12,715 nucleotides of DNA from Thermofilaceae archaeon. GTDB lineage: Archaea > Thermoproteota > Thermoprotei > Thermofilales > Thermofilaceae. Positions within the stretch are counted from its first letter, which is position 1, and each line of letters begins with the position of its first letter. The position numbers were made by a program, and so were the translations under genes. Location of the stretch: assembly GCA_038727095.1 (NCBI GenBank), contig JAVYWK010000043.1, positions 1 through 12,715 of the forward strand, written 5' to 3'. The notes under the pieces were generated by a model, which saw only the letters and a list, made by a program, of their open reading frames with translations, had not been told where the DNA came from and made no database searches. Shown here piece by piece: positions 1 to 6,065 of the stretch.

Positions 1-1
1 A

Positions 2-94
2 CAGTACGCTGACGTGTGCGCGCTGAACGAGCTGGCCAGAAAGGACTTGCTGGTTCGCACGCCAAGACCACCTTCTGCGAACCCTCTGCCCTAG
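2..94 (+). CDS. Possible 3' end of an upstream CDS (partial, product unknown)
   Basis: Frame 2 is the only + frame open from the window edge (QYADVCALNELARKDLLVRTPRPPSANPLP*, TAG at 92-94). No family is recognisable. Confidence 0.3.
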   Translation, partial: QYADVCALNELARKDLLVRTPRPPSANPLP

Positions 95-142
95 CGACAC
101 CGCAGATACATCCACTCAGTCTTCACGAGTGCGATTCTAGTT

Positions 143-172
143 TAGATACCCCATGGCGGAGGAGGGTATCTA
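143..172. repeat. 9-bp perfect inverted repeat (TAGATACCC-N12-GGGTATCTA), possible hairpin or terminator
   Basis: The arms at 143-151 and 164-172 are exact reverse complements. They lie about 20 nt downstream of the vapC-1 stop (minus strand). Confidence 0.45.
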
Positions 173-191
173 TCTTTCGTAGCTTCCATCT

Positions 192-613
192 CTACTGGAG
201 TTTGGAGATGTGGAGCACGCATCTGCCGTACTCCCTGCCGGCTTTCTTCACGATCTCATCGTCGGCTGTGTACAAGATCGTATCGAGGGTCACGGCTAGT
301 GCCACGTAAGCGGCGTCGTAGATCGTTAAACGGGTCCTGGAGGCGACTTCGACGGTTTTCTCAGCGAGCGGCTTGCTCAGCTGGTGCCGCTCTATCCTGT
401 AGTTCAGAAGCGAGTTTGCAGCCATTTTGAGCTCCTCCTCGGTGAACAGGCGACTCGCTCTCAGAGCGTTGAGTACCTCGAAGAAGAGGAGCTCCGGTGC
501 CGCAACTGTTACCTGCCCGCTTACATGCATGTCCCTGAGCTTCAAAGCTCAGACCACTTCTCCTCGATGAACCACTTCACCACCACACTCGCGTCGCTAA
601 CCACCCTCGCCAT
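192..613 (-). pseudogene. vapC: PIN-domain VapC-type toxin 1, split by a frameshift near 548
   Basis: ATG at 613 gives MARVVSDASVVVKWFIEEKWSEL* (TGA at 544-542). The rest (LKLRDMHVSG...FFEVLNAL...IYDAAY...TADD) continues in the -1 frame to 192. The joined protein has all four PIN acidic positions (D, E, D, D). The ATG overlaps the antitoxin 3' end by 17 nt. Confidence 0.85.
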
Positions 614-839
614 AGCGGCCATCCCTCCATCGTCTCAAGAACTCCGTGCTATCCCATCCCTCAGGCGCCTTCTTGCGGATCCTCTCGTTCAGCAAGACCG
701 CTAGAGCGAGATTCCTCCCTTCCTCCTCCTCTAAAATCCTGACAATAGCCTGTCTTAAAACCTCGCTCCAGTTTACGTGCCTGAGCTTCTCCATCCGCCT
801 CTTCAACTCGTCACTGACCCTAACACTCACCACAGCCAT
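597..839 (-). CDS. vapB: VapB-type antitoxin 1 (ribbon-helix-helix/CopG-like N-terminus), 80 aa
   Basis: MAVVSVRVSDELKRRMEKLRHVNWSEVLRQAI is a typical archaeal RHH antitoxin start. ATG at 839 lies about 23 nt from TTTATA (867-862). It is directly upstream of and overlaps a PIN gene. Confidence 0.85.
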   Translation of the reverse strand: MAVVSVRVSDELKRRMEKLRHVNWSEVLRQAIVRILEEEEGRNLALAVLLNERIRKKAPEGWDSTEFLRRWRDGRYGEGG

Positions 840-851
840 GCAAGGCAAAAG

Positions 852-876
852 TGTAATACAGTATAAATCATACTGT
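852..876 (-). promoter_or_regulatory. TATA box (TTTATA, 867-862) inside an inverted repeat, the likely vapBC-1 operator
   Basis: ACAGTAT-N5-ATACTGT (858-864 / 870-876) plus an overlapping TGTA-A-TACA (852-860). TA operons are typically autorepressed at such sites. Confidence 0.65.
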
Positions 877-1245
877 TGACACGCGAACCCTCCGGTCGTC
901 ACAGCAGACGGGCGGGCACCATTGATAGAGGTGCCCTTACCTCCATGCCCACCTATGGATACTCCCACTACACCTGCACAGTAAGCATTAGCTTCACGGC
1001 TTGATTCGATTTCAGATAGGCCATCGACGAATATGGTACAACCCTCTAAAGAAAGTAAGTCGTATCATTGCCATAGAGAACTTTAGGTTATGTCGGACTG
1101 TGCCCGCGTAGGGGATGCTGTCGATATTATTTCATGACCTAGCGCGTATAGCCTTAAGGCCATCCTTAACTGGTAACATTCGCTGCTCCAGAAAGCCTTG
1201 GCTTAAGCGCCGTCAGACATTTTAAGCAGGCGTCCGTGAGAAGAT

Positions 1246-1746
1246 GTGCCGTTCACACCCTTCCACCTCGGCCCGGTTTTGGGGCTTGGAGTCCCGCTGA
1301 GGAAGTACATCCACCTCCCGACTCTGCTGGTGGCGAGTGTAGTCAATGACGTGGAACCGTTTCTCGTACTCCTGCTGGGCCTCAACTCCCCGTTGCACGG
1401 GCTTTTGCACACGTTTCTCCTAGCGGTGCCCGCCGGCTTCGTGTTAGGGGTCATCATGCTCGCGCTTGAACCCGCGCTCGCTCCACTGCTGAAGGCATTG
1501 CTCCTCGAGCCGAGGGAGGGAGTCGGTCTTCGCGGCTTCCTCCTCGCTGGAGCTATTGGAGCAGCGTTGCACGTGCTGCTGGATGCGCCGCTGTACGGTG
1601 ACATTAGGCCTTTCTACCCGCTGATCGTAAACCCTCTATACAATCCATCACTCACCAGGGGCGTGTACGCGCTTTGCATCGGACTCGGCCTCCTAGGTTT
1701 AATTGAGTATGTAGCTCTCGCAAAAGCCCCTTCATCGACGCGCTGA
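1246..1746 (+). CDS. Membrane-bound metal-dependent hydrolase-like protein (YdjM/DUF457- or DUF4184-like)
   Basis: N-terminal PFTPFH, D-x-E-P, HGLLHT and LHVLLD...DIRPFYP His/Asp motifs lie between hydrophobic segments. The GTG start is about 20 nt after TTTTAAG (1220-1226). Confidence 0.75.
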   Translation: MPFTPFHLGPVLGLGVPLRKYIHLPTLLVASVVNDVEPFLVLLLGLNSPLHGLLHTFLLAVPAGFVLGVIMLALEPALAPLLKALLLEPREGVGLRGFLLAGAIGAALHVLLDAPLYGDIRPFYPLIVNPLYNPSLTRGVYALCIGLGLLGLIEYVALAKAPSSTR

Positions 1747-1828
1747 TAGGTTGGGCTAAACCGGTCTACCTACTGGTCTGATCTATTTCTCTTATCTTAC
1801 CGCAGCAGATTCCTGCTTCCGAACACTG

Positions 1829-1834
1829 TTTTTT
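1829..1834 (+). terminator. Oligo-T tract, probable archaeal terminator of the hydrolase gene
   Basis: T6 run followed by more T-rich sequence about 80 nt after the stop, preceded by a small AGCAG/CTGCT hairpin (1804-1817). Confidence 0.4.
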
Positions 1835-1859
1835 CAATCGGTTTTCTTTGCCATAAAGC

Positions 1860-1878
1860 TTATAATATGGTATTATAA
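1860..1878 (+). promoter_or_regulatory. TATA box within an 8-bp perfect inverted repeat (TTATAATA-TGG-TATTATAA), the likely vapBC-2 operator
   Basis: The arms at 1860-1867 and 1871-1878 are exact reverse complements. The ATGs at 1886 and 1889 follow at leaderless spacing. Confidence 0.7.
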
Positions 1879-1885
1879 TTTGTGC

Positions 1886-2134
1886 ATGATGGTTGAGGTT
1901 GTCGAAGTGGATGCTAACGGCCGTATTTACCTGCCGGCAAGCGTGCGGAGGATCATCCCGTGGAGGCGATTTATTGTGCGTGTAGAGGGCGATAGGATCG
2001 TTCTGACCCCAGTGAGGCCAGCCGTGGAGAAGTACTACGGCGTCGCGGGGAGGGCGAAGTACACTACGGCGGAGGAAATCGATGAGGCGGTGGAGAGTGA
2101 GGCGAGGCGAATACTCGAGGAGGATCTACGTTGA
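1886..2134 (+). CDS. vapB: AbrB/MazE/SpoVT-family antitoxin (VapB-type 2)
   Basis: VEVDANGRIYLPASVRR...VRVEGDRIVLTPV is the swapped-hairpin AbrB signature, followed by an acidic C-terminal helix. It overlaps a PIN gene. The start is ATG 1886 or 1889 rather than TTG 1880. Confidence 0.88.
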   Translation: MMVEVVEVDANGRIYLPASVRRIIPWRRFIVRVEGDRIVLTPVRPAVEKYYGVAGRAKYTTAEEIDEAVESEARRILEEDLR

Positions 2135-2480
2135 TGTGAACGTCCTCTACTACTACCTAACCGCCCACCCAGTGTACGGTGAAATCTCGAAGAGGTACCT
2201 GGAGGAGTACGGCGGCCAGCTGGTCACCTCCTCGTTAACAGCTTGGCTCCTCTACGTGCTCACACGCGTTGAGAACGTAGCATCGATTCTCGACGAGATT
2301 GGGGTAGAGCTCGCACCCTTTGACAGCAGTCTGTTAAAGGAGGCTGCAAGATTGAAGAAGCCAAAGGACTTTGAGGATCGCATTCACTTAGCCACTGCCT
2401 TGCGGCTCGGTGTTGCAACAATACTCTCGAACGACAGGGATTTCGACGGGATACCTAGGATCAGGAGGATCTTTGAGTAG
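2082..2480 (+). CDS. vapC: PIN-domain VapC-type toxin 2
   Basis: PIN motifs IYVDVNVLYY, DFEDRIHLATA and ILSNDRDFD. The start is uncertain (ATG 2082 with GGAGG at 2071-2075, or GTG 2097). Confidence 0.85.
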   Translation: MRRWRVRRGEYSRRIYVDVNVLYYYLTAHPVYGEISKRYLEEYGGQLVTSSLTAWLLYVLTRVENVASILDEIGVELAPFDSSLLKEAARLKKPKDFEDRIHLATALRLGVATILSNDRDFDGIPRIRRIFE

Positions 2481-2544
2481 CGCCTGCGGCAACGCCTGAG
2501 AACGAGTAGTACTACAGGCTGCCTTTTTGGAGAGGAGAAGGGCG

Positions 2545-2699
2545 GCCGGGCGGAAGGGCATGGATCTTGGGTTCTCAACTATGCGTTGTTGGGGCCTCCA
2601 ACACGAGTACGCCCGCGAGCCTGCGCTCGTGGGTTTTCCCGTGCTGGTTGCCTCAACCTCGCATGGTTGAGGCCCAAGGCCCGTGCTCTTCCGCCCGGC
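2545..2699 (+). ncRNA. Unclassified highly structured 155-nt element (long stem plus multibranch head), candidate ncRNA
   Basis: 2545-2585 pairs with 2660-2699 (34 Watson-Crick, 5 G.U, 1 A.C, 1 bulged U when read on +). It encloses hairpins at 2587-2603, 2606-2645 and 2646-2658. It is intergenic between convergent vapC-2 and MFS genes. The strand is inferred from G.U bias only. Confidence 0.6.
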
Positions 2700-2771
2700 A
2701 ATAAAGGGTACGCAGGGAGGGTTAATATTGCTGGTGTTGAATGAAGTAAGTTTCGGGGAGGTTAAACTTCT

Positions 2772-3989
2772 TTAATTCGGCCGTTCTCTCCCTCTTCCTC
2801 CCTTTATTATCTGCCTCACGCTGGCTAGGCCGGCTAGGGGGATCAGTGCAGCTGCTCGTAGGGCTGCGGAGAGGGCTAAGCCGTACCTTACTCCGCTCCA
2901 CCCGCTCGCCTCAACTAGGCGGTCTGTGATTAAGCCCCCGAGCGCTGAGCCTGCAGAAGCCGCCAAGCCTTGAGCCAGGTTGTAGTACGAGAGGTAGCTT
3001 GCCTTCAGCTCGGGTTCCGCGACCTCTATCACGTAGAGCGGGATTACGACTGCGCCGAGAGCGGTGAAGGGGCCTGACAGCGCCTGCCAAATGAAGATCG
3101 GTGCGGGGCTGGGGGAGAGGGCGTAGACGGTGGGGAACATGATGAGGCCCGCCCTGCTGATGAGCGTCAACTTGAGCAGTTTCCCGTTCTGTATCCGCTT
3201 CGCGAGCGCGTACTGGGAGATCGTGGTGGAGGTGGTGGAGAGGAGGTTGAGCAGAGCGAGGTCCGCGACGCTCATGCAGAGGACATACTTCTGGGCCAGC
3301 GGGAAGAGGGGCCAGGCGATGGCCATCGCGAAGGTGTAGAAGCTGTTCGCAGCCGTGAACTTCAGGAAGGCCTTGTTCTCGATCAGCCTCCCGTTGATGG
3401 GCCTGCTGCTCTGCCTAGTTCCTCCCACTTTGATGTGGAGCATCGTTAGCCACGTGGCTGACGCTGCGAGGCTGAGAAGCCCCGAGGCGATGAAGATGAG
3501 GCGGAGCGTTTCAAGGCTGGGGTTGATGGCCATCGTCGCGAGGAAGACGGGTATAGCCGTCAGCTGGGCGGCCAAGTTTAGGTAGCTCAGCACCTCCCCC
3601 CTCTCTCGGCTGTTGTACAGCTCTCCCACGAGCGATGTTAGAGCGAGGCCCGCGACACCCACGGCGACAGCTCTCGCCGTGATGAGGGCGACGAGCGCGT
3701 TGGCATCGACGATGAGGGAGGCGAGGAGCCAGAGGGTGGAGGCGAGCAGGGATGAGGCGAGAAGCAGCTGCACGTGCCTCCCGGTCCTATCGAGCCACCT
3801 CCCCGCCAGCACTTGCGTAACCGTGGGGAGGGAGTTGACGGACATCTGCAGTATGCCTTGAAGCGTGCCTGAACCGCTCAATGAAGCCAGGTAGTAGCCG
3901 AGGTAGGGTGCGGACAAGTTGTCGGCAAGCGAGGCCATTGCTTGCCTTGCCACTAGAACGCTCTTAGTCCTGCGCTCCTTCTCGCTCAC
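2772..3989 (-). CDS. Major facilitator superfamily (MFS) transporter
   Basis: 405 aa with about 12 hydrophobic segments, MFS motif A-like GRWLDRTGR, and ELYNSRERG / EVAEPELKA loop motifs. Confidence 0.9.
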   Translation of the reverse strand: MSEKERRTKSVLVARQAMASLADNLSAPYLGYYLASLSGSGTLQGILQMSVNSLPTVTQVLAGRWLDRTGRHVQLLLASSLLASTLWLLASLIVDANALVALITARAVAVGVAGLALTSLVGELYNSRERGEVLSYLNLAAQLTAIPVFLATMAINPSLETLRLIFIASGLLSLAASATWLTMLHIKVGGTRQSSRPINGRLIENKAFLKFTAANSFYTFAMAIAWPLFPLAQKYVLCMSVADLALLNLLSTTSTTISQYALAKRIQNGKLLKLTLISRAGLIMFPTVYALSPSPAPIFIWQALSGPFTALGAVVIPLYVIEVAEPELKASYLSYYNLAQGLAASAGSALGGLITDRLVEASGWSGVRYGLALSAALRAAALIPLAGLASVRQIIKGGRGRERPN

Positions 3990-4130
3990 AGCCGTGACGG
4001 GGGTCGGTTATTACCGTAAAAACGTTGCTAAACGCAAGAAGGTTTACGCTAGAACACGCTGCGTCGCATGCTCGGCGCGGCGAGCCGCACAGTCTGCCGC
4101 GTACCGGGGTCCTGACGGAGTACCCGCTAC

Positions 4131-5264
4131 CTAGAAGTAAAGGAGCATGTAGAGGCAGGTGATCGCTAGGGCTGCACCAGCTACAGCCTGCAGGTACGCG
4201 AGCTTCCTCTCGCTGAGCTGGTGGCGGAGGAACCAGGAGGACGCTGCGGCGATCGCTGCGAGCGGTGCAACGAAGATCACGTTGTAGAGCGCGAGAAGCG
4301 CCAGCTGCGTACCGAGGTGGGGGACCCTGGAGAGGAGCGCTGCTGAGACGAGGAGGGGGCCGCCGGCGCAGGGTATGAGCGTCACGCTAACCAGCGCCCC
4401 CGTGGCTGCACCGCCGATTACTGCGGCGTACTGCAGGGGTGCGCGCTCCGCCGTGTCTAGAGCCACTTTCAGCAGCCTCCTTGGCACAAGGGAGCGGAGC
4501 CTACCCCGGGCGTTGGCAGCTGCCAGGTAGACTCCGAGCGCGAGACCGGCTGACGCCACCACCTTGAGCAGGACGGGCGAGGCCGTTGAAGCGGCTGTGA
4601 CGAGACCGAGACCGAGCAGATAGTAGCTGATGTACACGGCCGCGATGAACCCGAGCGAGGCGTAGAGCGCCGTCCTCCTGCCGCCCACCGCGGCAACGCC
4701 AAGCAGCATTGTTGCGAAGACGATGAAGGTGCAGGGTTTCACGCTGTCCACCCAGGCTAGAGACACTAGGACGGGTAGAACCTCCGAGACGGTTAAACCG
4801 GGCGGTTGCAACCCCACGCCGGATAGCCGCGCCTCGATAGCCCGCTCCGCCTCCGCTACAGCCTCCCTATCCGTGAGGGCTCTCACCCCCTTCGGCGTGC
4901 TCACGAGAACCTCCCCCCTCCTCCGGGCCTGCTCAACCAGCTCCACCAGCTGCTGCGGTGCATGGTAGTCGACAGCGACCACCACCAGCTTCCCACCGTC
5001 GCAGACGAGCGTGAAGGGGACTAGGGGGGTGTCACCGACCAAACGCGTGTAGAGGTTGTAGAATTCGGCTGCAACCGTCCGGTTCGACAGATCCAGGTAG
5101 ATGATGTAGGCGCCCCGGGCGGCCAGCTCCTGCAGGGCCTCCTTCTGCCTAGCGCAGACAGGGCAGAACTCCTGGCCGTAGAGTATCACAGTCAACTGGG
5201 GTGCCGCGAGCGTGACAGCCAGAACGGCGGGGAGGAACAGGGGGATGACGGCGGCCTTCCTCAC
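4131..5264 (-). CDS. Exported thioredoxin/glutaredoxin-fold domain (CPVC) fused to a CcdA/DsbD-type transmembrane domain
   Basis: Signal peptide, then YGQEFCPVC and a cis-Pro-like VPFT. The C-terminal multi-TM region has the paired membrane cysteines DSVKPC and LIPCAGG, plus LYNVIFVAPL, typical of CcdA/DsbD-beta. Confidence 0.82.
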   Translation of the reverse strand: MRKAAVIPLFLPAVLAVTLAAPQLTVILYGQEFCPVCARQKEALQELAARGAYIIYLDLSNRTVAAEFYNLYTRLVGDTPLVPFTLVCDGGKLVVVAVDYHAPQQLVELVEQARRRGEVLVSTPKGVRALTDREAVAEAERAIEARLSGVGLQPPGLTVSEVLPVLVSLAWVDSVKPCTFIVFATMLLGVAAVGGRRTALYASLGFIAAVYISYYLLGLGLVTAASTASPVLLKVVASAGLALGVYLAAANARGRLRSLVPRRLLKVALDTAERAPLQYAAVIGGAATGALVSVTLIPCAGGPLLVSAALLSRVPHLGTQLALLALYNVIFVAPLAAIAAASSWFLRHQLSERKLAYLQAVAGAALAITCLYMLLYF

Positions 5265-6064
5265 TCTACCACCTTCGTCCAGCGATGGTAGAGGTCGAGC
5301 TTTAAAAGTTGCCGCACGGGGACCGCTCTGCGGGCCTGCTCAACCTCGCCCTTCTCAACGTCGACCTCCGCGAACGCCTCGCTCTCGCCCAGCTCGGCCA
5401 AGGGGCAACCCCAGGGGCTCACCACCACGCTGTGGCCCGTGAAGCTCTCACCCACCTGGTTGGCAGCCACCAGGTAGGCGAGGTTCTCGTGAGCTCTAGC
5501 GGCGGTGAGAGCCCTCCACTGCTCCAGCTTGTAGGGCCCCTTGTACCAGGCGGCTGGTACGAGGAATAGGTCTACGCCCCTCAGCATCATCGCCCTAAAC
5601 ATCTCTGGGAAGCGCAAGTCGAAGCAGACGGCTAGCCCAGCCGTGAACTCGCCGATCCCCGCTACGGCGAGCTCGGAGCCTGGTGAGAAGATCCTGGACT
5701 CCCTGTAGCCGTACGCGTCGAAGAGGTGGATCTTCCTGTACACGGCGGCCACCCTGCCCCGGTCCGCGAGAACTGCAGCGTTGTAGACCCCGTCGCCCTC
5801 CTGCAGGTACATCGTGAAGGCAACGGCAAAACCCCTCTCCCTCGACTTGTCGATCAGGCTGCCCGCGAACTCCCCGTCCAGGGGCTCGGCCAGCGAGCGA
5901 ACGTAGGTGGCCGTCACTCCCTCGCTGCCGACTCCCATCAGGTACTCGGGGAAGACGTTTAGGTCTGCGCTCGACTGGTCGAGCAGCGATAGTGCGCGCT
6001 TCAGGTTCTCCCTCTTGTCGGGCTTCACAGCCACCTGAAAGACGCGGATCCTCATCGAGCGCAC
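5261..6064 (-). CDS. Carbon-nitrogen hydrolase (nitrilase superfamily, Nit1/omega-amidase-like)
   Basis: Catalytic triad motifs VFPE, YRKIHLFD and VCFDLRFPE, plus ARAHEN and GHSVVVSPWG. The start is GTG 6064 or ATG 6055. Its stop overlaps the next start (GTGA at 5264-5261). Confidence 0.92.
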   Translation of the reverse strand: MRSMRIRVFQVAVKPDKRENLKRALSLLDQSSADLNVFPEYLMGVGSEGVTATYVRSLAEPLDGEFAGSLIDKSRERGFAVAFTMYLQEGDGVYNAAVLADRGRVAAVYRKIHLFDAYGYRESRIFSPGSELAVAGIGEFTAGLAVCFDLRFPEMFRAMMLRGVDLFLVPAAWYKGPYKLEQWRALTAARAHENLAYLVAANQVGESFTGHSVVVSPWGCPLAELGESEAFAEVDVEKGEVEQARRAVPVRQLLKLDLYHRWTKVVE

Positions 6065-6065
6065 C

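Noticed and set aside
542-547. CUU-UGA at the vapC-1 break resembles the prfB (RF2) +1 frameshift site
   Set aside because: The downstream PIN sequence is in the -1 (+2) frame. A +1 shift gives FEAQGHACK, which is not PIN, and the RF2 mechanism is bacterial.
840-968. N-terminal extension of ORF 597-968
   Set aside because: It runs through the TATA box and operator. The antitoxin-like sequence begins at ATG 839.
2545-2699. SRP RNA, RNase P RNA or tRNA as the identity of the structured element
   Set aside because: There is no SRP helix-8 motif or Alu domain, no RNase P CR-I or CR-V sequence, and no T-loop or D-loop consensus. The size and 40-bp stem fit none of them.
2530-2715. MITE or IS end with a target-site duplication
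   Set aside because: The flanks (..AAGGGCG and AATAAAG..) show no directly abutting duplication, there is no transposase in the window, and the interior is also structured. It cannot be fully excluded without a genome-wide copy search.
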